A stretch of 24,000 nt of DNA, taken from positions 1,905,697-1,929,696 of the forward strand of contig NZ_CP120717.1 in NCBI RefSeq assembly GCF_032883915.1. The letters are read 5' to 3'. The notes under the pieces were generated by a model. That model was not told the DNA's origin. It searched no databases and saw only the letters and a program-made list of their open reading frames with translations. Positions 7,340 through 14,437 of this stretch are shown here, piece by piece (within the stretch, counting starts at the first letter, position 1; each line of letters starts with the position of its first letter). A program made the translations under genes and the position numbers. Origin of the DNA: Endozoicomonas sp. 8E (lineage in GTDB: Bacteria > Pseudomonadota > Gammaproteobacteria > Pseudomonadales > Endozoicomonadaceae).

Positions 7340-8503
7340 ATGTTGTTAGCTCACAAGATTGAACTCAGACCGACAAAACAACAAGCCGATTATCTTGATA
7401 GGGCTTGTGGTTCCCGTCGTCATGCGTTCAATCAACTGTTAGCCCATTTCAATCAAGAAGGCGTTAAATGGTCAAAGAAGGCTGCGAATGAAAAATACCA
7501 AGAACTCAGGCTTGAGTTTCCCTGGTATGCCGAAGTCAGCCAACGTGTCACCAGGAACACAATCGACGATCTTCATGACGCCTTTACTCACTTCTTTCGT
7601 CGGGTGAAGAAAGGAGAAAAAGCAGGTTATCCAAGATTCAAGAAGCGAGGACTACACGACAGTTTTTCTCTCAGAGAAAAAACCAAGTTCGATGTTGATG
7701 GCAGAACACTTCGCATTGAGAAACTGAAAACCCGCATCAAGATGCGCCAGGAGCTGAGATTTACAGGAACACCCTGTCAGGTGACGATCAGTAAGCGAGC
7801 CGGAAAGTATTTCGCTTCTATTTTGGTAGACACTGAGGATTACGAACCAAAAGCACAAAGCAATGAGTCTGTAGGCGTTGATTTTGGCGTCAAAGATTTA
7901 GCTATTTGTTCGAATGGCAAAACCTTTGCTGCTAATCAGAAACTGAAGGGCTCTCTGAAACGCCTTAGCAGTAAACAGAGAGCGTTAAGCCGCAAAACAA
8001 AGGGAAGCAACCGCTACGCGAAAGCCAAGCGAGCGGTTGCCAAACTGCATTACCGGATAAGTAACCAGCGATCAGCCGCAATACATGAGGTAAGTGATTA
8101 TCTGACTTCAAGATTCAAAATAATCACCCTCGAAAATCTGAATGTCAAAGGCATGGTAAAAAACCGCAAACTGGCAAGAGCAATCAGTGACGCAGGTTTC
8201 GGTAAGCTGAGAGAACTTGTTGAATACAAGGCAGAGCTGAGAGGATGCCAGGTTGTGATTGCAGATCGGTTCTTTCCCAGCTCGAAGAAGTGTGCGGTTC
8301 ATACTTGCGACTACGTAAATGACAATCTTACTCTGTCTGATCGTGAGTGGCGGTGTCCAAAATGTAAAACTCTGCATGATAGGGATTACAGTGCGAGTTT
8401 TAACCTTGATAATTATGGTCGAGACACGTTACAGCTCGACCCTAAACCCTACGCAAGAGTGGAGTCAGACACGATTCGTCGTGCATCCATGTCGACGGCG
8501 TAG
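7340..8503 (+). CDS. tnpB: TnpB (OrfB_IS605/IS607-type RNA-guided endonuclease family)
   Basis: Track ORF 7208..8503 trimmed to ATG 7340, which gives MLLAHKIELRPTKQQADYLDRACG, a typical TnpB N-terminus. The RuvC-like residues are all present: D in VGVDFGVKDLA, E in IITLENLNVKGM, a Cys-rich zinc-finger region CAVHTC...CPKC, and D in HDRDYSASFNL. Confidence 0.85.
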   Translation: MLLAHKIELRPTKQQADYLDRACGSRRHAFNQLLAHFNQEGVKWSKKAANEKYQELRLEFPWYAEVSQRVTRNTIDDLHDAFTHFFRRVKKGEKAGYPRFKKRGLHDSFSLREKTKFDVDGRTLRIEKLKTRIKMRQELRFTGTPCQVTISKRAGKYFASILVDTEDYEPKAQSNESVGVDFGVKDLAICSNGKTFAANQKLKGSLKRLSSKQRALSRKTKGSNRYAKAKRAVAKLHYRISNQRSAAIHEVSDYLTSRFKIITLENLNVKGMVKNRKLARAISDAGFGKLRELVEYKAELRGCQVVIADRFFPSSKKCAVHTCDYVNDNLTLSDREWRCPKCKTLHDRDYSASFNLDNYGRDTLQLDPKPYARVESDTIRRASMSTA

Positions 8504-8537
8504 ATAAGTCTACATAATTACAGATTATGTTAGATTT
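8502..8537 (-). repeat. Right sub-terminal block: inverted copy of the four phased units
   Basis: The reverse complement reads AAATCT AACA TAATCT GTAA TTATGT AGAC TTATCT. By hand alignment, 24 of 36 positions match the left block, and 20 of the outer 26. On the plus strand, AGAT recurs at 8502, 8522 and 8532, with ACAT at 8512. The block overlaps the tnpB stop codon. Confidence 0.6.
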
Positions 8538-8679
8538 TTAGTAGCGGTATCAATGGAAGCATTAACGGTCCGTTTTGAAAAAATAATAAGGCTTTGAATA
8601 AGGTGCATTCCAGTGCTCGCAGAAATACGAAACAGGGGTAGGGGTTTTCTGAAAGTTCCTAAAAAAGCCGCTTAAACAG

Positions 8680-8708
8680 TTGACAGGACAGCGTTAAATC
8701 CTGAAAAT
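8680..8708 (+). promoter_or_regulatory. Sigma70-type promoter of the tRNA operon
   Basis: TTGACA (8680-8685), a 17-nt spacer, then GAAAAT (8703-8708), followed by the GC-rich discriminator GCGCACC. An A-rich stretch (AAAAAA, 8661-8666) lies upstream. The first tRNA starts at 8726. Confidence 0.6.
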
Positions 8709-8725
8709 GCGCACCATCTTTCGGC

Positions 8726-8802
8726 GGCTAGGTAGCTCAGTTGGTTAGAGCACAGCACTCATAATGCTGGGGTCGGCAGTTCGAATCTGCCCCTAGCTAC
8801 CA
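8726..8802 (+). tRNA. tRNA-Met (CAT), elongator type, copy 1
   Basis: 77 nt, folded by hand. Acceptor GGCTAGG/CCTAGCT (G1-U72 wobble), D arm GCTC-AGTTGGTTA-GAGC, anticodon arm CAGCA-CTCATAA-TGCTG, T arm GGCAG-TTCGAAT-CTGCC, CCA encoded. It closely resembles the E. coli metT-type elongator tRNA. Confidence 0.9.
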
Positions 8803-8892
8803 CTATTCAGGAGCTTGCAGGCAGGCGACTGCGAACGTAGGGTCGAAAGTGCACACGGAATGTCCATGTCCTGTATAGCATTTCGTATTTGC

Positions 8893-8967
8893 TGGGGTGT
8901 CGCCAAGCGGTAAGGCAGCAGGTTTTGATCCTGCCATGCGGGGGTTCGAATCCCTCCACCCCAGCCA
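8893..8967 (+). tRNA. tRNA-Gln (TTG), copy 1
   Basis: 75 nt. Acceptor TGGGGTG/CACCCCA (U1-A72), D arm GCC-AAGCGGTAA-GGC, anticodon arm GCAGG-TTTTGAT-CCTGC, T arm GGGGG-TTCGAAT-CCCTC, discriminator G, CCA encoded. Confidence 0.9.
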
Positions 8968-8975
8968 CATAAAAT

Positions 8976-9052
8976 GGCTAGGTAGCTCAGTTGGTTAGAG
9001 CACAGCACTCATAATGCTGGGGTCGGCAGTTCGAGTCTGCCCCTAGCTACCA
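8976..9052 (+). tRNA. tRNA-Met (CAT), elongator type, copy 2
   Basis: Identical to copy 1 except for one T-loop base (TTCGAGT versus TTCGAAT). Confidence 0.9.
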
Positions 9053-9058
9053 TTTTAC

Positions 9059-9133
9059 TGGGGTGTCGCCAAGCGGTAAGGCAGCAGGTTTTGATCCTGC
9101 CATGCGGGGGTTCGAATCCCTCCACCCCAGCCA
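9059..9133 (+). tRNA. tRNA-Gln (TTG), copy 2
   Basis: Same sequence as copy 1 by eye. It starts 6 nt after tRNA-Met copy 2. Confidence 0.9.
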
Positions 9134-9142
9134 TCTTTCTGA

Positions 9143-9171
9143 AGCCCGACTGAAACAGGTTGGGCTTTTTC
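9143..9171 (+). terminator. Rho-independent terminator of the tRNA operon
   Basis: AGCCCGAC (9143-9150), loop TGAAACAG, GTTGGGCT (9159-9166), giving an 8-bp stem with one G-T pair, followed by TTTTT. Confidence 0.8.
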
Positions 9172-9440
9172 GTTGTCAGTGACTTTTAAAATCTCAATGT
9201 ACATGTAATGCCCAACTTGTTTTGCTCAGGAAGGTGATCTTCGGGGGGCAGATGCCGTTCTGAGCATGAAGTTATTTGTATGTATGTTTATCTGTTGTCA
9301 TTGCGGATAGCCAAGCACTTAAAACATCAAGATAATCTCATTCGTGTTTGGATTCGATCCAATAAAAAAAGACATTTCATCATTAAAGAAAAAGCGTTTG
9401 GGTTATTTTCTGGACGACAAATACCTGAAGTATCATAAAG

Positions 9441-10232
9441 TTGAGGCCTGTTTTGGATTTTGTACTTACTCTTGATTGGGGGTTTTTGCTGTTTTTTGTT
9501 GCGATTCTGGCTGGTTTTGTTGACTCCATTGCAGGCGGCGGCGGATTGATTACAGTCCCCGCGCTTCTGGCGGTGGGGCTTTCTCCGGCACAGGCTCTGG
9601 CAACCAATAAATTACAGTCAACAGGCGGCTCTTTCTCTGCCAGTGTTTATTTTATTCGAAGAGGGCTGGTGAATCTCAGGGAAATGCGTTTTGCCATTTT
9701 CATGACCTTTGTTGGCAGTGCCGCAGGCACGATTCTGGTTCAGTTGATTGATGCTTCGGTTTTGAAGCAGATTATTCCCTTCCTGTTATTGGGTATAGCC
9801 GCTTACTTTGTTCTCTCCCCCAGTGTCCGAAATACTGAAGCTTCTACTGCCAGAATGAGCCTGACCGCTTTTGCCTGTTCAGCAGGGTTGGGAGTCGGCT
9901 TTTATGATGGCTTCTTCGGCCCGGGCACGGGCTCTTTCTTTGCCATAGCCTTTGTCAGCCTGCTTGGTTATTCCCTGACAATGGCGACGGCTCATACCAA
10001 AGTTCTGAACTGTACCAGTAATGTGGCCTCCCTGCTGTTCTTTATATTGGGTGGTCAGGTTGTCTGGGCTGTAGGGGGAATCATGCTGATAGGTCAGTTC
10101 ATCGGCGCCAGACTGGGATCGAGAATGGTTGTGAAGCGTGGTCAGCAGATTATTCGTCCCATGATCGTCGTTATTTCACTGGTCATGACCGGCAAACTCA
10201 TGTGGGACGAATACGGACATTTGCTGTTTTGA
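9441..10232 (+). CDS. yfcA: TauE/SafE family membrane transporter (YfcA-like)
   Basis: 263-aa ORF with FVDSIAGGGGLITVPALLAVGLSPAQALATNKLQS, FYDGFFGPGTGSF and GARLGSRMVVKRGQQIIRPM, which closely parallel E. coli YfcA. The start is uncertain. The track uses TTG 9441, but TTG 9453 sits 6 nt after GAGG (9443-9446). Confidence 0.85.
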   Translation: MRPVLDFVLTLDWGFLLFFVAILAGFVDSIAGGGGLITVPALLAVGLSPAQALATNKLQSTGGSFSASVYFIRRGLVNLREMRFAIFMTFVGSAAGTILVQLIDASVLKQIIPFLLLGIAAYFVLSPSVRNTEASTARMSLTAFACSAGLGVGFYDGFFGPGTGSFFAIAFVSLLGYSLTMATAHTKVLNCTSNVASLLFFILGGQVVWAVGGIMLIGQFIGARLGSRMVVKRGQQIIRPMIVVISLVMTGKLMWDEYGHLLF

Positions 10233-10344
10233 CGTTTTTTCTGCGCAAGTGACAGTTTAGGTTTATTATAGGTAGTCCTGCAGGCTCCTCGCCCTGGAGT
10301 CTTATTACTGTTTATTGCAAGAATAACGTTACTCAGATATTTGA

Positions 10345-11811
10345 ATGGACAACAGCTGGCTCAGTGCATTGTTTGGGGGAATCTATCTTGCCCTGATCAT
10401 CGCCTTCGGAATTCACGTTATTATGCAGCGCAGGCCGGTAGGTGTGACTCTGGCCTGGATACTGTTGCTGTTCATTCTGCCGGTAGCCGGTTTCTTCTTT
10501 TACCTGCTGTTTGGCTCAAGGCGCCTTGGGAGAAGAAGGCTCCGACGTCTGGAAAGTTTGTATCCTGACTACGAACAGTGGTCCAGCCACCTTTCGAGAG
10601 TGATCACCCAGCGGCAACTTGAGTGTCCCTCTAATGCCCCTCACACAGGGATCTACAAGCTGGCGGAGCAAACCCTGGGTATCCCAGTGCTGCCTTGTAG
10701 CAAGCTTCAGCTGTTTCATGAAACCGATACAATTCTTCATGGCCTGTTACAGGACATAGAGAAAGCCAGGCGCAGTATTGTACTGGAGTTTTACATCTGT
10801 GAGCCCAAGGGGCGAATCAAGGTTCTGGCTGAGGCTCTGATCAGAGCTTCACGGAGGGGTGTTGACTGTATGGTGATACTTGATGCAGTGGGTAGTCGTC
10901 AGTTTCTTCGAAGTGAGTGGGCAAGACGTTTCCGTCTGGAGGGCATCAGTGTTACCGGGTCAATGCCGGTTGGTCTTTTAAGGATGCTGTTTGAACGCCT
11001 TGATATTCGCAACCATCGCAAAATTCTCGTGATTGATGATGAAATTGCCTGGAGTGGCAGTTTTAACCTGGTCGATCCTGTTCATTTTCGTCAGACGGCT
11101 AATGTCGGACAATGGATCGACGCCATGGTCAGGGTAGAGGGTATACCTGCACACGTTATGGCGGTGATTGCTCATTGGGATAAAGCACTTGAAACGGGTG
11201 AAAAGCATTCGTCGTTTAATGCTACTTACGAGTTTCCACCTTCCTGTCTTGACAGTTACACCGGTGCTGATGTTCACGTACTGCCATCAGGGCCGGGAAT
11301 CAACCGGGAAAGGCTTCATCAGGTTTTGCTTACCGCAATTTACGAAAGTAAGGAGGAGCTGCTGATATCCACGCCTTATTTTGTTCCGGACGAATCATTG
11401 CTGACAGCCCTGAAGTCAGCAGCCATGCGAGGGGTGGACGTTCAGTTACTGGTTCCTCTCACAAATGACTCCAGAATGGTTCACTATGCCAGTCGCTCCT
11501 ATTATGAAGACCTGTTAAACGCAGGGGTGAAAATATTACAGTTCAAGGGAGGGTTGCTGCATACCAAGTGTGTCCTGGTGGACCGATCGACCATTCTTTT
11601 TGGTACCGTAAATCTGGATATGCGCAGCGTCTGGCTTAATTATGAAGTGACCATGATCATCTATGACAGAGCCTTCAGCCAGACTATGGCGACACTTCTG
11701 GATCAGTATATGCAGAGCTCCGTGCGTGTTCGTTTGTCTCTATGGAGCCGAAGGTCTGTGACCAGACGATTTCTGGAGAGTCTTTTTCAGCTGTTGAGTC
11801 CTTTGTTGTGA
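10345..11811 (+). CDS. clsA: Cardiolipin synthase A
   Basis: 488-aa ORF with two N-terminal TM helices and two HKD motifs (HRKILVIDDEIAWSGSFNL and HTKCVLVDRSTILFGTVNLDMRS). Confidence 0.9.
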   Translation: MDNSWLSALFGGIYLALIIAFGIHVIMQRRPVGVTLAWILLLFILPVAGFFFYLLFGSRRLGRRRLRRLESLYPDYEQWSSHLSRVITQRQLECPSNAPHTGIYKLAEQTLGIPVLPCSKLQLFHETDTILHGLLQDIEKARRSIVLEFYICEPKGRIKVLAEALIRASRRGVDCMVILDAVGSRQFLRSEWARRFRLEGISVTGSMPVGLLRMLFERLDIRNHRKILVIDDEIAWSGSFNLVDPVHFRQTANVGQWIDAMVRVEGIPAHVMAVIAHWDKALETGEKHSSFNATYEFPPSCLDSYTGADVHVLPSGPGINRERLHQVLLTAIYESKEELLISTPYFVPDESLLTALKSAAMRGVDVQLLVPLTNDSRMVHYASRSYYEDLLNAGVKILQFKGGLLHTKCVLVDRSTILFGTVNLDMRSVWLNYEVTMIIYDRAFSQTMATLLDQYMQSSVRVRLSLWSRRSVTRRFLESLFQLLSPLL

Positions 11812-11812
11812 T

Positions 11813-11844
11813 GTAAGTACCTAACCAGCAGGCCTGGTACTTAC
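11813..11844. terminator. Hairpin between convergent clsA and the zrgD-like gene; possible bidirectional terminator
   Basis: GTAAGTACC (11813-11821) pairs with GGTACTTAC (11836-11844). An alternative fold has an inner CCAG/CTGG stem. There is no clear T-tract on either strand. Confidence 0.4.
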
Positions 11845-11904
11845 TGCGTCGGTTAAGAACATCCATGTTTTCATCAATAAAGATTTTAACTGAAACAGTT
11901 CGCC

Positions 11905-12453
11905 TTATTTATAGACTTTCAGCGAGTCAACAGTCAGGGAGTAAAGGGTTTCAGTGTACGTTGACTGAGTGGTCTCAACATGCAGGGTTCCAACCAGCCA
12001 ATAAGGGGTGTAGCCCGCTTCCTCGACTTTGATGCCTTTTTCGTTATTCTTGAATTTCACATAAATAGTTTGGTTAGGCGGCGGTGCTGGTACGTGGATG
12101 CAGGCACCCATCGTTGGTACCAGCAACAGCTCCGTCGCTCTCTGGTTTTTATCGAGGTTGAGTGGCACGAGGTATCCGGGTATTTTTACCGTGCGTTTGT
12201 CCAGTCTTGTAACGGGTGTCTGGCCGAGCTTATCCAGATAGTAGATGACATCAGCTTTGCTCATCTCTCCGGCCTGATAACTGTCAACGACTTTTTGATC
12301 CGGTGCAGGCATCAGTTCGTCCCAAGTGATCTCTATGGCTTCTGCTTGGGTTGCTGGCTTTTCCAGCGGCTTGGCTTGAACGGCGACTACTGGCAGCAGA
12401 GCCAGTAGCGTTGTCAGTATCAGGGATTTTCCTGTTTTCATAATGATTTTCAT
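11905..12453 (-). CDS. zrgD: DUF3299 periplasmic protein (ZrgD / PA4066-like)
   Basis: 182-aa ORF with a signal peptide (LLALLPVVAVQA) and the DUF3299 signature VPTMGACIHVPAPPPNQTIYV. The ORF begins 1 nt after the permease stop. Confidence 0.75.
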   Translation of the reverse strand: MKIIMKTGKSLILTTLLALLPVVAVQAKPLEKPATQAEAIEITWDELMPAPDQKVVDSYQAGEMSKADVIYYLDKLGQTPVTRLDKRTVKIPGYLVPLNLDKNQRATELLLVPTMGACIHVPAPPPNQTIYVKFKNNEKGIKVEEAGYTPYWLVGTLHVETTQSTYTETLYSLTVDSLKVYK

Positions 12454-12454
12454 C

Positions 12455-13717
12455 TTAGACTCTTATAGTCAGGCCATCGGCAAGAGAGTTTTTGTAGGCG
12501 CGCCAGGCCGGGATTATGCCCAAAACAATGGCGCAGACAATGATCATTCCGGCCAGTGACCATTCAAAGGTGCCCGGAGCACTGATGGCCAGGTGCAGTC
12601 CCAGGATTTGTTGCACAACGGGCTGAATAGCGAAAAGCAGTCCATACAGTATAAGGAAGCCCAGAAGGGTTCCGGACACCGCATAAACGACAGATTCAGT
12701 GATCATCAGCGTGAAGATATGGATGGGCCTTGCACCGGCAGAGCGGAGAATGGCCATCTCACGGCGCCTTTCATTAAGAGAGGTGAGAATCGTAGTCAGC
12801 ATGCCCATCAGACCTGCCAGGACCACCATGACGGAAACTGCAAGTAATGCCTTTTCTGCGGTGCCTACCAGTTGCCAGAGCTCCTGAAGAGCAACACCGG
12901 GCAGAATGGCGGTCATGGCTTCCTGCCGGTATTCATTGACTTTCCTCTGGTAACGGAAGGCGGCAGTACGGGATTTCAGACCAACAAAATAGGCGGTAAC
13001 ACTGGTGGGCTGAAGATTCATGGCCTGAGCCTCTGCAGCGGACACTGAGAATGCGGCAATGGGTGGTGCACCGCTTACCCAATCGATGTGCAGGGCTTCG
13101 ATCCCCTCAAGAGAGATCAGAATCACTCTGTCCGAAGGCGTACCCGTTGGCTTGAGAATGCCTGAAACCTTAAAAGGCTTATCATCGTGAGACAGCAGAC
13201 TCTTACTTTCTACGCCATGGTTCAGAACAATGCTGTCACCGACTTTATAGCCAAGGCTGGCAGCGACTTCAGATCCAAGTACAGCGTCGTACAAAGCGTT
13301 GAAAGGTTTGCCCTTGGACAGTTGCAGTGATTCGTTGTCGCCGTATCGAAAATGATTGAAGATGTCATGGGAGGTGCCCATGACCCGATAGCCATGGTGG
13401 GAGTCACCCAGGGAAATGGGAACAGACCAGGCAACATCCGGGGCAGACGTCAGGTCCTGATAAGTCTCCCAGGAGATATTGTTGGTGGCATTGCCAATGT
13501 GGAAAACAGAATACAACAGAAGATTCATAGAGCTGCTTCTGGCCCCCACAATCAAATCCGTACCTGACACGGTGTTGGTAAAGCTGTTTTTGGCTTCGAC
13601 CCTGATACGTTCAACCCCCAATAGCAGGGCTACGCTGACAGCAATAGAGAATATAGTCAGCAAGGCGGTTGTTTTTCGGTTTTTAAGGCTCTTCAAAGCC
13701 AGACTTAAAATCGACAT
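12455..13717 (-). CDS. zrgC: ABC transporter permease, FtsX/MacB-like (ZrgC / PA4065-like)
   Basis: 420-aa ORF with N-terminus LKSLKNRKTTALLTIFSIAVSVALLLGV, a large periplasmic loop, and a C-terminal FtsX-type helix bundle (ERRREMAILRSAGARP). Its ATG overlaps the ATPase stop (TGATG at 13715-13719). Confidence 0.8.
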   Translation of the reverse strand: MSILSLALKSLKNRKTTALLTIFSIAVSVALLLGVERIRVEAKNSFTNTVSGTDLIVGARSSSMNLLLYSVFHIGNATNNISWETYQDLTSAPDVAWSVPISLGDSHHGYRVMGTSHDIFNHFRYGDNESLQLSKGKPFNALYDAVLGSEVAASLGYKVGDSIVLNHGVESKSLLSHDDKPFKVSGILKPTGTPSDRVILISLEGIEALHIDWVSGAPPIAAFSVSAAEAQAMNLQPTSVTAYFVGLKSRTAAFRYQRKVNEYRQEAMTAILPGVALQELWQLVGTAEKALLAVSVMVVLAGLMGMLTTILTSLNERRREMAILRSAGARPIHIFTLMITESVVYAVSGTLLGFLILYGLLFAIQPVVQQILGLHLAISAPGTFEWSLAGMIIVCAIVLGIIPAWRAYKNSLADGLTIRV

Positions 13718-14436
13718 CAGTCCACCTCTGTTGCTTTGCTGGCCCGGTTGATTTCATTGAGCGCAATGCTGCGATCAAATAACGATTCAAGGCCACGGTC
13801 GTGGCTGACAAATAGCAGGGTGTTGCCAACTATTTCACATTCTGCGAACAGCAGATTGATGAAGGCTTCCCGGGTATCTGTGTCCAGTGCTGAAGTAGGC
13901 TCGTCGGCAATGATCAGATCAGGCTTGCCAATTAAAGCTCTGGCGGCGGCTACTCGCTGTTGCTGTCCGATACTCAGTTCTGTGACCGGACGATGGAGTA
14001 CTGAGTCGTCCAGTTCCAGATGTTTAAGAAGACGTCTTGCTTCATCCTGCTCACTGCCAGCAATACTGGCGAGATTGCTTTTGCGCTCTATGGCAAAGCC
14101 CAGAGGCAGAGTGACGTTCTCTATTACAGAGAGATAGGGAATCAGATTAAACATCTGGAAGATAAAGCCAATATGATCAGCACGGAAGCGATCGCGCTGC
14201 ACCGGGGAAAAACGACTAATGTCGTTCCCCAGCACTTTGACCTGTCCCCGCTCCGGTGTAATGACGCCGCCGAGCAGTCCCAATAGAGTGGTTTTACCGG
14301 AACCCGACGGGCCGCGGACAAAAACCTTTTCGCCTCTGGATACAGTCAGTTCAGGAATATCCAGAACAGGTATTCCTGCTTTCCAGCTGAACTCAACAGC
14401 TGTGAGCTCAATAACTTGAGAGCGGGAGTCAGTCAT
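13717..14436 (-). CDS. zrgB: ABC transporter ATP-binding protein (ZrgB / PA4064-like)
   Basis: 239-aa ORF with Walker A GPSGSGKTT, signature LSIGQQQRVAAARAL and Walker B LIIADEPTSALD. Confidence 0.85.
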   Translation of the reverse strand: MTDSRSQVIELTAVEFSWKAGIPVLDIPELTVSRGEKVFVRGPSGSGKTTLLGLLGGVITPERGQVKVLGNDISRFSPVQRDRFRADHIGFIFQMFNLIPYLSVIENVTLPLGFAIERKSNLASIAGSEQDEARRLLKHLELDDSVLHRPVTELSIGQQQRVAAARALIGKPDLIIADEPTSALDTDTREAFINLLFAECEIVGNTLLFVSHDRGLESLFDRSIALNEINRASKATEVD

Positions 14437-14437
14437 C

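Larger units (their letters stand above)
6982..8626 (+). mobile_element. Decayed IS607-family-like insertion sequence (tnpA remnant plus tnpB); boundaries approximate
   Basis: It holds a serine-recombinase tnpA remnant followed by tnpB. Matching sub-terminal repeat blocks in inverted orientation lie at 6988-7023 and 8502-8537. The 10-nt direct repeat TCGCAGAAAT lies at 6982-6991 and 8617-8626. Confidence 0.65.

Noticed and set aside
8543-8551. 9-nt match AGCGGTATC between the IS right flank and uraA (21145-21153), considered as a possible TnpB guide target
   Set aside because: A single 9-mer match is close to what chance gives in a window of this size on two strands. It does not extend on either side.
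8803-8892. The 90-nt spacer as a degenerate tRNA, for example the Leu tRNA found between Met and Gln in the E. coli metT operon
   Set aside because: I could not fold a cloverleaf. There are no acceptor stem complementarity, no GTTCGAATC-type T arm, and no resemblance to tRNA-Leu.
8793-9008. 71-aa minus-strand ORF
   Set aside because: It is built from the reverse complement of tRNA-Met and tRNA-Gln genes, so it is not coding.
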